NCBI RefSeq assembly: GCF_006345805.1
Contig: NC_043001.1
Location: forward strand, 119,164,001 to 119,228,000
Direction: 5' to 3'
DNA: 64,000 bases
DNA from: Octopus sinensis
Lineage: Eukaryota
Positions 40,901 to 55,013 of this stretch are shown here, in pieces (the stretch's first letter is position 1; every line of letters starts with the position of its first letter). A program made the translations under genes and the position numbers. The notes beneath the pieces were generated by a model. The model worked only from the letters and a program-made list of their open reading frames with translations, was not told the DNA's origin and ran no database searches.

Positions 40901-42249
40901 TGGTTCCATTTGCCCCAAGGAAAAACTAAGCTAAGCGCATTAGATTCCTTGGAAGAAAGCTTCGAATGTATACAAAACAAGGACAGAAAAAACGGACGAT
41001 GTTACACGAATATGAATACAAAATTAATACGTAAAAACAACAATAACAACAACAATAATAATAATAATAACAATAACAGGACATCACAAACAGGCGTCCC
41101 AGGTTGTATTTTCTTATACATGTATATATAGCGACGTACGTACCCTCTCTCTATATATATATATATATATAATATATATATAATATACATATATACATAT
41201 ATACATATATACATATATATATATATATTATAATATATAATCTATTATATAAAGTATTATATATATAATATATATCAATACATATATCAGTATACTTATA
41301 TATAACATACATAATACATACATACATACACTAATACAGAGGATATAACACTATATACATATTATATATATCTTAATATATATATATATATATATATAGA
41401 TAATATTATATATATTATAATATATATATATAATGCCATATGAAATGTGCCCGTGTGTATACTGAAAGCTTGTCTTAGTGAGGTGTTCTTATCCGCAAGG
41501 GTTCAACAAAACTACTGCATAAAATTGTTTCTGCCTCCGACAGAAAGCCATAGGAAAAACCCACCCAAACCTACATACCCGCACGTACGGACCACATAGA
41601 TAGCCCACGGATAGACGGAAGAAACCCCGCCCACACACGGACCCAAACAAGATCATGAACGCGCCATAGACAGAGGGGCACAACATGTTCGGGGGGGCAC
41701 CATGGGAAACGCACCTCTGGAACCTGTACAGGAAGTTTAGAGCAGTGAGTAACACGAATTGCAACGCACACAACACACACACGTGCGGGCACACATTTCC
41801 ATTCTCTACTATTTTCTTTTCATGAACATTGTTACCTTAACACAAACTAATTTCAGTAATGTTAATTGCTGATAGAGCTCTCACGAGAGAAATACTTTGT
41901 TGGTGAGGCGTTCAGGTGTGTTTTGAGAGCCCGTGTGTATTTAGAACCGGCACGAATAAGTCCCCACTACTCACAAATACACAAACACATTAAAAACCAC
42001 ATACAAAAAAAACACGATGCACACAACGCAGACGCACATACACGCAAACACGCGCGCATCCACTCACACAATCTCTCTCTCCCTCTGTCTGCCTCCCTCC
42101 CTCTCTCCCTCTGTCTCTCTCTCCTCCCTTCCCTCTGTCTCTCTCTCTCTCTCTCACACACAAGTACGCTCGCAGATATACACAAAAGTTTGTGCTTGCA
42201 TTTGTCCGCGTGTGTGTGTGCGTGTATATGTGTTTCCGTGCGTGCATAT

Positions 42250-42288
<39 letters not shown>

Positions 42289-42303
42289 CGTGCGTGTGTG
42301 TGT

Positions 42304-42348
<45 letters not shown>

Positions 42349-42541
42349 AGAAAAAAAGAAAAGTGGCGCCTGTCTCATAAGACAGGATGTGTTTAAATAT
42401 GTTTCTATATTTGAAAACCAGAAAGAACAGTGGAATATCGAGTAAATTGTAAATGTGAATACGTTTGGTATGAGTGAGTACCCCTACCATCGAATCAACC
42501 CGACCATTATGTACCAAATTGGGTTAGCGGAAAACTGTTCG

Positions 42542-42641
42542 NNNNNNNNNNNNNNNNNNNNNNNNNNNNNNNNNNNNNNNNNNNNNNNNNNNNNNNNNNN
42601 NNNNNNNNNNNNNNNNNNNNNNNNNNNNNNNNNNNNNNNNN
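42542..42641. other. assembly gap (100 N)
   Basis: Run of N. Confidence 1.
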
Positions 42642-42805
42642 GTTTTTTTTCCAACGGATTTCCCTATTCTTCCTGAAGAGAAAGACACAATATGGTCCAT
42701 TATTCAATCGGATTTTGGTAAATTGTGCCTTTCGAAACACGTGTAGAATGAAATAAAACGATTTCTGTTCAATCTGCGTTCAGCTCCATTTCTTCAATTC
42801 ACCAA
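42642..42805 (+). mobile_element. Penelope-like terminal fragment, long-stem hammerhead family
   Basis: Homologous to 38405-38545 in the opposite orientation; its 5' side is lost in the gap. Confidence 0.7.
42668..42750 (+). ncRNA. type I hammerhead ribozyme with extended stem II
   Basis: UUC-CUGAAGA-GAAAG.A.CACAAU(loop)AUUGUG.C.CUUUC-GAAA-C(ACGU)G-UA/GAA: 11-bp stem II, palindromic ACACGUGU. Predicted cut after 42745. Confidence 0.8.
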
Positions 42806-42832
42806 TAATATTTTATATATATATATATATAT

Positions 42833-43241
42833 ACTCTTTTACTCATTTATTCTTTTACTTGTTTCAGTCATTTAACTGCGGCCATGCACCGCCTTTAATA
42901 GAGCAACTCGACCCGGGACTTTGTAAACCTAGTACTTATTCTATCGGTCTCTTTTGCCGAACCGCTAAGTGACGGGGACATAAACACACCAGCATCGGTT
43001 GTCAAGCAATGCTAAGGGGACAAATACAGACACACAAACATGCACGCACACATGCACACACACATATATATATATATACATATATACGACGGGCTTCATT
43101 CAGTTTCCGCCTACCAGATCCACTCACAAGGCTTTGGTCGGCCCGAGGCTATAGTAGAAGACACTTGCCCAAGGTGGCCACGCAGTGGGACTGAATCCGG
43201 ACCATGTGGTTGGTAAGCAAGCTACTTACCACACAGCCACT

Positions 43242-43244
<3 letters not shown>
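42833..43244 (-). mobile_element. full-length SINE family A
   Basis: tRNA-like head aggagtggctgtgtggtaagtagcttgcttaccaaccacatggtccggattcagtcccactgcgtgg; internal CA/TA microsatellite; CR1-like tail. Confidence 0.92.
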
Positions 43245-43280
<36 letters not shown>

Positions 43281-43512
43281 TATATTATATTCGAAAATTC
43301 TATAAATAATCTTTTTTTCTTAGAGTATGGCATACAATAACAGAAAAAAGACAATAACTCGTGATTAAAAGTAAAATGATTATTACCTCTTACATAGACG
43401 TTCAGTAAATTTTCTAATGAAAACTTCAATATTCACATATTGGTAGTGGAAATCTTGAAATGTCTTTCAGGTTATTGCTTCGCATATAACGCATATATCG
43501 CATATATGTATG

Positions 43513-43584
<72 letters not shown>

Positions 43585-44010
43585 GCTTTGACTGAATACT
43601 AATCTTCAATACTTGAGTTTCACAAAGGTAGGGATATATTGATTAGTTGGCATCCTACTAAGCAAAACATTCGAACATTGAAGATATACAAAATATTCCA
43701 GATGTTTAAGTTCTCATTTATTGTAAGAAGTTCTGCTGTTTACGTTAAGAGGCTTTGTTGACGACGAACGGAGACTTTTGCGAACCGTTCCTATCTACTA
43801 AGATGCACTTGTACGCGCACACGCGCACACACACGTACGCACGCACGCACACATTCACACACGCGCGCGCAGATATGTGCATGTATATGTATATATAAAC
43901 GTGAACATGTAAACAAAAAATACATAATTGGCTGTAGCTAATTTTAATACGTGTGTGTGTGCGTCCATGCAGGAGCGTGTGCACGCACGTATATATATAT
44001 ATATATACAC

Positions 44011-44050
<40 letters not shown>

Positions 44051-44063
44051 CACACACACACAC

Positions 44064-44105
<42 letters not shown>

Positions 44106-44686
44106 ATACCTACATATTTATACATATATACATACGAATGTTTCCACCTACAAAATCTACATATTTATCTATCTATGTATCTATCTATCTATCTTTATAT
44201 ATATATATATGGACGTACATGAGTGTTCACACGCATATATATATATTATTATATGTAGACAATTTAAATATACTTAATATATATACAACTAAAGGTGTAT
44301 AAGCATATGTACACATATACATGCATATATTCAATAAATAGCACCACTTCTTGAAATTATACTACCCGATACTACCCGTATACGTTGGAATGTTCCTGAT
44401 GACTTTAGGTGATTATGGTATAATATAGCGTTCGATGATCAGCTGGTTGCAGGGGCTGATACAAAAAATAGTACTGCTCTAGGGAACATATACACCACAG
44501 AATCCGGACGTATGGCTCGAAAGGAAGTTTGATTTTTTTAAGTGATGTATACATACATACATACATACATACGTACATACATATATATTCTTTTATTGTC
44601 TTATACATTCCAGCCCTAAGGCTGTGGCCATGCAGGGCACCGCCAGTATTATCACCTATTAAATGGACAATCTATATAATGTATAT

Positions 44687-44750
<64 letters not shown>

Positions 44751-44895
44751 CTCACATAATACATTTTTTACAAAGAAATAGTTGATAATTGCTTCAGAGA
44801 GTCGGCAGTGTGGCTGGCCATCATAAGACTGTTTTAATGTGTATATATGTATATGTGTGTGTGTATGTGAGTGTGTGTGTGTATGTGAGTGTGTG

Positions 44896-44946
<51 letters not shown>

Positions 44947-46601
44947 AAGAATCAGAGAGAGGGAGAAAGAATGACTGACTGAAGCATGGTTATTGCATTT
45001 AACAACTGACAAAATCTTTGTCGACTTTTGTTTCCCCGGAAGTAATATAGAGGACACAAGAATCGTATTTGACGCCATAAAGCTTTCTTGGATAATACTG
45101 TAAGTGGCCTCTTTTGCTGATGCAAATCTGACATTGCAACCTCCAGCCTCTCTATTTAAGAATATCGAAAGTACACACTCTTTCGTTCTCATATAAAACC
45201 AATACTTCCCATGACTTTTATAATTGATAGGCCGATAATAGTTGTCACTAACGTAAATGAAACTAAAATATGGAGAAAATGCAATTTCACATCTTAGCAA
45301 AAGAATGGAATTTTGGCCGGAACAAATGTTCATTTATTTCGGTTAATCGAATGAAGAGTATAGATCAGCGGCATAACCTCACTATTAATGGGCTTTCAAT
45401 AACTACAACTTCGGACAATGGAAGTTACAAATACCTTGGGATATAAGAGACTATGTGTTCTAACGGCGTTGTAAAGAAAGTTAGATAGAGTAATGTAGGA
45501 ATAAAGAAAGAAATATGGTGAAGGAACTTTCTTTTAGCAATAAATCAATATTCCTCAGCACACTGGTTGTAGCTGTATTGGTTATCAATACCAATAGCTT
45601 AGCAACTTAGTTTCTTCGCTGTAAGACATCTTACATGATACGAAATCATGAAGAAGGACTTGTAAATACTGGCAATTTCAACCGTCATTTTAAACAGTTA
45701 ATTATAAAAGTCATATAAGCCTTTTCGATCTCGTTGGTGAAACTCCCTCAAAACGGACTCCACTGTTTTATGAAAGGAGGGTCACTTTGGAGAACATAGT
45801 TTTCCTCTCCAGAATTTTGCAAACTGCACACTCAAGCAAGAACTCATTTTCTGTTTGTCTTGTCTATATTGGTAAGGTTTATTTTTTCCGGTTGTTTGTT
45901 CGGGAGTACCTCGATTCCACTGTCCTCAGCTAGCTCGATTGGATTAGTGGATCTCAAACGTTTTAGAGCCTATAAGACATAAGTACACCTCGATGGGCAC
46001 AGCTGCAATATCAGTGATGCGTTTGTGATCAGCTCATAACCTGTCGTAAACTTCCATGTCACGAGTGAGAAGTTTCCATATAATCAAGTGACGTTTATAG
46101 AAATTCTGACTGATTTTATAATGTGTTAATACTTGCTAGATGCAACAAATCGTAACACGCAGAGATTTTAAACCTCCACTGCACACTTATAGCTTTAGAA
46201 TGACATTTACACTGAAAGGAATATTTGCTCTAGAAAGTGCGAAAGTAGGTTTAAAGGTCAAATTATTTAGTGCTGATAAACAATAAAAACGGGGAAAAAA
46301 ATTAATAAAAGAAGAAACAGAACAAAAAGTCATTACTTTGCTTAATTATTGTCCTTTGATATATTGTCATTACTAGTAATGCAACGTGACTTATTAATGA
46401 GGAGTTTAAAAATTAAAGTAGTCATGACTGGTAGTGTTTGTGTGAAATGGCCATAAAATAATTCTAGGAATAAGAACAATCTTCAGATAATGGTTTCCTG
46501 TAATGACTACGTAAGGACAATCAAATTTATCTCACATTCTTGTCATAAACAATCTTGTCCCATTCAATAGGACAATGTATATATACATATATATATTATA
46601 C

Positions 46602-46695
<94 letters not shown>

Positions 46696-46887
46696 CATAT
46701 ATATAATACATTTAATTATATATACGTGTGTATGCATATATGTATAAATACATAGTGTTTCTTTAAATATGCGCAGACGCACACACACACACACACAAAG
46801 ACACAACACACAAGCAAACATATACATACACGCATACAAACACACACTTATACTAGTTTATACGTGTGTGTGTGTATGTGTACATAC

Positions 46888-46957
<70 letters not shown>

Positions 46958-47081
46958 TATATATATATTAGTACGCTATTGATGTTCTCATTTTGTTAAA
47001 TGAATAATTCAACATTATAATATCTGAAAGTTAATGAAAAAAATACATTTGTTTCTTCTCTCATTTTCTTATTTGTATATA

Positions 47082-47124
<43 letters not shown>

Positions 47125-47129
47125 CCTTA

Positions 47130-47352
47130 ACCCTTAAAAATGTTTCAGCCCGAAAGCTGCGGCCATGCTGGGGCATTCACCGTTGAATGAGCTACACTAG
47201 TATGTGAAACGACCTCTGATACGTGTGGTACTTGATCAGCAAGGGAGTTCGACGCCGCTGCCCGCATCTGTGTTTCCTGCCGAGAGGTAGGCTCATCTGG
47301 AACCCCCGACAAGAAGAGATCCAGTTTAGTTTTAAAGAAACCCACATCCACA
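47130..47352 (-). mobile_element. CR1-clade LINE 3' end (5'-truncated)
   Basis: DVGFFKTKLDLFLSGVPDEPTSRQETQMRAAASNSL plus 3' UTR ending ccagcatggccgcagctttcgggctgaaacattt; flanked by (TA)n. Confidence 0.85.
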
Positions 47353-47520
47353 CCATATTATATATATATATTATATATATATATATTATATATATATATA
47401 TATATATATTATATAATATATATATATATAATATAATGTAATATAATATAATATATATGTATGATTTAGTTGAATAAAGTACTTATGTTGGCGCACGTAG
47501 TTAAGTCGGAATAATATACA

Positions 47521-47755
47521 CGGCGAGCTGGCAGAATCATTGGAACGCCGGGTAAACTGCCTAGCGGTATTTCGTCAGCTGCTACGTTCTGAGTTGAAAT
47601 TCAACTGAGGTAGACTTTGCCTTTCATCCTTTCGGGGTCTATTAAATAAGTACCAGTTACGCACTGGAGTCGATGTAATCGACTTAATCCCTGTGCCTGT
47701 CCTTGTCTGTTCCCTCTATGTTTATCTCCGCCCCTGCAAGCAATAAAGAAATAAA
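47521..47755 (+). mobile_element. SINE family B
   Basis: Colinear with 33936-34166. Confidence 0.9.
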
Positions 47756-48258
47756 TATACACACACCACAATAATTTTCAAATATCAAGCTTGGTATATA
47801 AGTACCGGCAGAACGAAATTCTTGTAGTGCTTAGAAACGGCTGTAATGAATTGACACCTAGCCTTCATTTGTTATATATATATATATATATATATATGTT
47901 TATATATATATGTGTGTGTGTGTGTGTTTGTGTGTGTGCGTGTGTATGTGTGTGCGTGTGTATGTGTGTGCGTGTGTGTGTGTGTGTGTGTCTGTATGTA
48001 TATTACAAACACATGCATATATGTATGGATGCAGAGAAATATATGTCTGCATGAGCGTTTGATTTCAATATCTTTCCGTTATTTATCTCAAACTACCACT
48101 TCTGTTCTGTACCAAATTTAAATCAAAACGAATGTTTATATTAAATTTTCTAATATATATACCGAAAACCATACACATTCAACGTAAGAATATAAGTAAC
48201 TCTATGATGATAATAGAAAATGTTTCACTTCGTGCGAACTTTCAGTTCTGATTGCATA

Positions 48259-48795
48259 TACGAGGTCTGATCAATAAGTGTCTGCACTGTTGCCATAATA
48301 ACGAATCCTAAAGCACGCAGAGTGAAACCGCTTAGCAAAGATTGACCTTGACCTCTGCTGTGCATGCACCCTAGGTTTTAACGTTCTAACTCATTTCTGC
48401 AGTTTATAGCAGTTTGTAGCGTGTGATCGTAGCATTGACCATGACAGAGAAAGTTGTCATGGCGACACCTACTCAGAGGCCTACGCAAAGTTACAGAAAG
48501 TGTAAGGAGAGAAGCGCATGAGCCTCACACAAGTGTACAAATAGTTTAGACGTTTCAAAGATGGCCGTTCTGGGAGACAGGCAACCAGCAGAACTGAGAA
48601 AACATCGCAGATGTGATAGGAAATCGTGGAATTGCCATCTGTGAGTTGTCAGAGAATGTGAAGATTAGTTAGGTTTCAGTTCAGTCCATTCTCGCAGAGG
48701 ATTTGGATATGAGACGGGTTTGTGCTAAGACTGCTTTCCGCTGACCCAAAGACACTTGGGTTTTATTTGCACAAGATCTCCTTGATTGTGTCCAG
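48259..48795 (+). mobile_element. mariner 5' fragment (TIR + decayed HTH region)
   Basis: TA-CGAGGTCTGATCAATAAG TIR; pieces AYAKLQKV, MSLTQVYK*FRRFKDGR and SILAEDLDMRRVCAK. Confidence 0.8.
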
Positions 48796-48997
48796 AATGT
48801 CATCATCATCATCATTATAGTCACAAGAACATATATAAATGATAAATATGCGAGCATGCGTGTATGTACGTATGCGCGTTTATGAGTGTGTGTGTGTATT
48901 TATATGCGTGTGTGGATCATATATGCGTGTATATGTACTTATGCATACATGTATATGTATGTATGGATGTATGTATATGTACACACACACATATATA

Positions 48998-50035
48998 TTA
49001 GGTTGTTCCGAAAATAATGGCCGATTTCAGAAACAATTTTATTCTGGAAAAATTAACAATAAGAAATGTTTTGATTGGTCAAAGTATGAGCCGTGAACTT
49101 CTATGCATCTCTGCCATTGATCAACGAGATTATTTATGCCTCGTTGATAAAAACGTATTGGCTTTGATGCTAAAAAATCTTTGGAAGCTGATTCCACCTC
49201 TGGTTTGATCCGGAAAGTTTTATCACTTAAAAACATGTGTAAATGCTTTTAATGTGGTAGTCAGTGGGTGAAAGATCAGTAGAATATGGAGGATGTGGTA
49301 AAGTCTCGCATCTCAAATTTGTGAGTTTCTTCAGCGTCATTCTTGCAACATGTGGCTTTGCATTATCGTAGAGCAGAATTGGGTCACGCCGATTCACCAA
49401 TGCAGATCTCATTTTTAGCAAGTGAACGTGCATTTCAGCGAGTTGATTGCAGTAAACCTCTGCTGTAATACTCTGATTGGCTTCCAGAAAGCTGTAATGT
49501 ACAACACCAATTGTAGACCACCAGACAGTCCCATAATCTGTTTCTGATGCACCTTTGGCTTTGGGAAATGTTTGGGGGACCCATCACGATCAAGCCATTG
49601 ACCTGATCGTTTACGGTTATCATAAAGGATCCACTTTTCGTCACAAGTGACTATTCGGTCAAGAATAGGATCATTCTTCATCTTCAAGGATCTCATCACC
49701 ACTACGGAATTTCTGAAACCAACTTCATACTGTGCGATCACTTGTGGACCCCTCACCCCTTGCCTTGTTGATATTGGCAGCAGTTTCTGAGGCACTGTGC
49801 CGAGCTTGAACTCTCGCAAGAAAAGTAAGCGAAAGTCCTTTTTTGTTATGCTCATAATTAAGGGTGCCTATGCTTCAAGAATGTTTTCTCTCTGAAATAA
49901 GCAGAAAATTATTAAAGAGCATACGTCAATTATTAAGCATGTTGAAATTCACCAAAAATATAATTAAAATACTCTGATAAAATTGCGTTTCAAAACAGAA
50001 CACTCAGAGCGGCCATTATTTTCAGAACAACATAA
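48998..50035 (-). mobile_element. internally deleted mariner transposon (D,D34D type), pseudogenised transposase
   Basis: TIRs ttaggttgttccgaaaataatggccg and (reverse complement) ttatgttgttctgaaaataatggccg, with TA on both sides. Motifs RIVTCDEKW, LLYDNAKPH, HPPYSTDLSPTDY and WQRCIEVHGSYFD. Confidence 0.93.
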
Positions 50036-50036
50036 T

Positions 50037-50128
<92 letters not shown>

Positions 50129-50254
50129 TTCTGAATGTAACTGTGTGTATCTATAAGTGCAGGAAGAAAAACACTTTATGCATGTTATAGAATATATATT
50201 TATTCAATGTACTCTGGTTTTAGTCTGCTTCAGACATACACACAAACACATACA

Positions 50255-50288
<34 letters not shown>

Positions 50289-50306
50289 CATACATACATA
50301 CATACA

Positions 50307-50339
<33 letters not shown>

Positions 50340-51213
50340 GTGTGCATGTATATAATATATATATATATATATAAATACACGCACGCACATATGTGTAATG
50401 CACTATTCTATATGAGTGGCTTGCATACTGTGTATGCAAATGTGTCTGATTTTTGAGAATGTGTTTTTTTTTCATGCACACCACACGTAAGTATTTATTA
50501 CATTTATTCATAGAAAATGAAGGTTTTATAAACTTATTTTATAAATTTATAAATTGTCATTGCAAATCTAGAATTTTCATTGAAATTATTTCCTGACTGC
50601 CAAATATCTACAATGATTGATGTGATATTTTATTGCAGCTTACAAGGAAAAAACTGTCATTTTTTCCCCCTTTTATTCATTTTTATACTTAAGCTTTGAG
50701 ATTTCCATTGCCAACTGTATTGCCTGTTAAGTTTTCTTTTCTTCTCTTCATTATTTCTTTTTTCCATATTTTCAACTCTCTCGCATTTATGTGTTTATTT
50801 GCTGGTAAGAATGACGTTGCTGGTATGATTGTGGTAGATGAGCGCGCGGCAAGGTGTAAGCCTATACATACACACACATAACACAGAAACACACACACAC
50901 ACTTATACATATCATACACATATATATACACACACATACATACATACATATATGTATGTGTGTACGTGTGTGTGTGTGTATGTGTGTGAGTATGTGTGTG
51001 TGTGCGTGAGTATGCAGTAAATAAATCTATTACAATGTATCTTATCCATATGTATTTAGTCTCATTTTCATATCTGTTCGCTGACACACACTCTTGTGTA
51101 TAAACGTTTGTATGTTTGTATTTTTTGTGTCTTTATGTGTGTATATATTCATGCATATCAATGTACATATATGTATGTATGTGTATATGTATGTACTTAC
51201 GTATCTATCTATC

Positions 51214-51276
<63 letters not shown>

Positions 51277-51277
51277 A

Positions 51278-51312
<35 letters not shown>

Positions 51313-52091
51313 TTCTCTCTCTCTCTCCCTCTCTCGCTCTGTATATATATATATATATTATATATATATATATAATATATTATGCTTGCATATGACGGAA
51401 TAATTCGTTTTCCTAAATATTCAGGTAAACACATTCACAAAAGAATGTACATTAACTCCACAAACCTACACATGCGCAAACACACGTGTATATAAGTACC
51501 AGCAGATAATTGCAGGCAGAAAAATGTATATATGTATAAAGAGAAGGAAAATGGTGGAGGAAAGAGCATGAGTCAGTCATTTTCACACATAAATGGTCAT
51601 CAAATTTGACAGGGAGTCCGTGGGTGGGATGTTTATGATGGGTTAATTCGCGACAGCTATTCACGAAAATTCTAATCTATTTATGTCATATGAAGAACAT
51701 TTCTACCCTTTTATTTTCTTTCTTTGTTACATTTTTATCAATGAAAAGTGACCTTATATTCTACCTGTCTCCAGCGTGTATATTTTATGAGATGAGGCGG
51801 GTTGAATTCTCCGTTCAATCGCATATATTACATATCGTTTTGGAAGCCATCCTACCTGTACGGTTATAAATAATCATATTCTTACTTTCTAAGATCCTAA
51901 CAGACGTTATTCAACTCAACTGTTGTCTTCTATTTAAGTGCTTACATAATAATAAGTCTTTGCATAAAATGAGTCCGCAAGTATTGGAACATCAGACAAC
52001 TAATTCTGGTAGAAAACTTTCGAAAGAAAGTCACACCATCGATAGTAACATTAAGTTGTTCTCCGCTTTGCGTAAGCACTGCACGGGCGAA

Positions 52092-52170
52092 TGGTTACGA
52101 AATTCGCTTCGTGGTTACGAAGCGAATTTCGTAACCACACAATCTCAGGTTCCATTCCAGTGTGTGGCGT
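52092..52170 (+). mobile_element. degenerate family A SINE head converted to a perfect hairpin
   Basis: 21-bp perfect stem 52092-52112/52117-52137; the downstream sequence aaccacac...caggttccattccagtgtgtggc resembles the family A head. Confidence 0.5.
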
Positions 52171-52841
52171 CGTTTTCTATATCTTCGATTTCGATCAATA
52201 CAATTTGCATGGAATTGGGGAGACGGAAACTGAAGACAGTCTCTTTGTATTGAATGTACCTGTAATTCAAAAAGTAAAGATTTGTTAGGTGCTCTGTCTC
52301 GTGGATTCTGCCTCTTAATTATATTAAAGATGCACGCACCTGTGTAAAACTCAGCCATTTATGTATTAATGCGGGAGAACGTGATTCGATTGACTACATA
52401 AAACACCATAAAGAATATAGTAAATATATTTCTGTATAGATATATACATTCAGTCATTTGTGATTGGTCCGGTTCTTTCAACACTCAACAATTTTGTTTC
52501 GTATATGCAATGGGTTGTTACACTTTTCTTCTTACGCATTAATTGCCAAATTATAGTGGCTGTAAATGTATACGTAATACATAAAGTCAGTAAGATATCA
52601 CTTTCGGTTTAGAATCACAATATTGGGGAAATAGTGATTCTGCTAAGTCAAATCAGAAGCTACTGTTTGTTAGGTCAGTGTATTCTGTTACAGAAAGACA
52701 AACAAATACCAATGGGATTTGTAGAAAGCAATCTGGGTAAAAAGAATTTGGATACAATTCATAGAGCTGTTTGGAGAAGTGTAAGCCAATGTTTGGAAAT
52801 TGAAACTTCGTTAGAAAAAGAGTGACAATTTCTCTCGTTTA

Positions 52842-52880
<39 letters not shown>

Positions 52881-54264
52881 GAGAGAAAGAGACAAATGCA
52901 TATATAATAGGAAGGAGAAAAATAAGAACAAGAATAAGAAGAATAAAAGGAAAAGTGAAAACTAACAGCGACGACGATGGTGACGATGATGACGATTACA
53001 ATGAGGGAAATAGTTTGAAGAAAGACCAAAGAAGAAACTAACTCGCTCTTCCCTTAACTCTGCTTCACTTTGTCTTTCTACTTTACGTTTGCCCTATTTA
53101 CGAGTACCTTATGGATTCACTGAAGCGTTATATTATTTTCGACACTTCAGCCACCATCATCACGCTCTTCACGCCTCTCCTTATATATTGATTTGGGAAT
53201 ATTGGATTGTTGTTGTGGTTGTTGCCGTTGTTGTTATTTATCTACTTTTGTGTATGTATGTATGTATGTGCTTCAGTTTTTCTCTTTCCGTTACTGTTGA
53301 TATTCGCATCGGTGCGTTTCGGTGATTTCAGTTGTCTTTGATGTTGTTCTTGGCGATGATGATACTGGTGGCAGTAGTGATAAGATAAGACTATACATTT
53401 AGTGTTCCTGGTCTTATTGCAATTGTTCTTCTCATTCTCGTTGTTGGTAACAATACTAGTAGTTGTGGTATAAATGATGTTAGACATTTAGTGTTGAGGC
53501 ACTTGTTGCAATGGTTGTTTGCTAACGCTGTTGATATCGTTGTTATTAGCTTGAAACCGGTATGCTGCTCCAGTTGGCATCGTCTGAGTTGTTGTAATCC
53601 GCTGCTATTCTTAATATCTCTGTTGCTTCTTCTGTAGTTGATTCTATCGCTGCTGATGATTCTAGTTTGTTGTTTACTATTTTTACAGTTATTGTTTGTT
53701 ATCACAACTCTACCTTTCTTTCTTAAGGGGTTTTATTGTGTTGCTGTCTACGATGTGTCTCCCGAGCATGCTGATGTTAATTTCGATATATTACAGTTGT
53801 AGTTGTACGTGCTTCAGATGCAATAGTTACCATTCCTGTCGGTGCAGCTATTGTCCTGGCTCATCTTACAAAGGGAAAACAAAATAGTCAATGGCTGTTA
53901 TGTTACTCAAAATGGTGCATAACAATAATGGACACCAAAAAAAAAAAAAAAAGAAAATAGGCAATGGCTGATCATTGTCTCACACTTGAGTTTTTTCAGA
54001 AAATAATTCACATTTCTGTTTCAATATCTTCAGCTCGTATTCATTCTTTATAGAACGTATAGACTATTTTATGCGTATATATCAGTATGTAGGCTGATAT
54101 TATTTCCAGGTATCACTTCGTATTAATATAGTAAAATATTTTATATAAAATCACTGCGCTTAATTTTGCACAGTTTTATTGAGCTCTCTTGTTCATCACT
54201 TTCTCAAAAGGAAATATGCACAATATAATTACGTAATGTGCACAATGTATGTATATATCTATGT

Positions 54265-54330
<66 letters not shown>

Positions 54331-54639
54331 TAGATAGATATATTTCATATATATATATATGTATATGTATGTCATTATTCAGTTTTATTTCAAGATTTCT
54401 TGCCAATAGAGAAAGAGCCGGTTTCTAACCTAGGACCAAGGCTCCTTCGTTGGAATTTCAACATCAACAACAGGGTATTTTTGTATGTATGTATGTATGT
54501 ATGTATGTATGTATGTATGTATGTATGTATGTATGTATGAATCAATCTATCTGCCTCTCTTTCTGTCTGCTTACATGTCTGACACTTTCACTCTTTATAT
54601 ATATATATATATATATATACATATGTATGTATATAGTTG

Positions 54640-54800
54640 AAATTTAGAGAAAGACAAACGATGAATGCAGGCGTATGAACAACAAACAAATGTATTCGCG
54701 TGACGCTCAGGAAAATGAAAAAGTCTTTTACGTTTCGTGCCTACGCTCTTCAACAGAAAGGAATAAGAGAAAATAGACACAGAATGAAAAAACTTGTAGA
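54640..54800 (-). mobile_element. short Penelope-like terminal repeat (family D)
   Basis: Reverse complement of the 16895-17045 family. Confidence 0.7.
54725..54760 (-). ncRNA. variant minimal hammerhead-like motif (CUGUUGA core)
   Basis: CUUU-CUGUUGA-A-GAGC(GUAG)GCAC-GAAA-C-GUA/AAAG; one mismatch in stem II. Confidence 0.5.
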
Positions 54801-54899
54801 TTTCAGCGATCCAGCATGGCAAATTATATATATGTATATTTACATCTCTCTCTTGCTCCCCACTCTCTCTCTCTCTATATATATATATACATGGGTTGT

Positions 54900-55013
<114 letters not shown>

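Noticed and set aside
41868-41910. CTGATAGA-gctctcacgaga-GAAA as another hammerhead
   Set aside because: Core has an insertion, stem II closes with a mismatch, and no stem I pairing was found. The GC-rich 41440-41960 segment remains unclassified.
42833-43244. tRNA-like sequences as tRNA genes
   Set aside because: They are SINE heads attached to shared SINE bodies, and no full cloverleaf could be supported.
44990-46150. Possible further R4/Dong remnants (SYKYLGI on +, IDKTNRK on -)
   Set aside because: Too decayed to delimit or orient with confidence.
46440-46500. Minus-strand CTGAAGA motif
   Set aside because: No downstream GAAA or paired stems.
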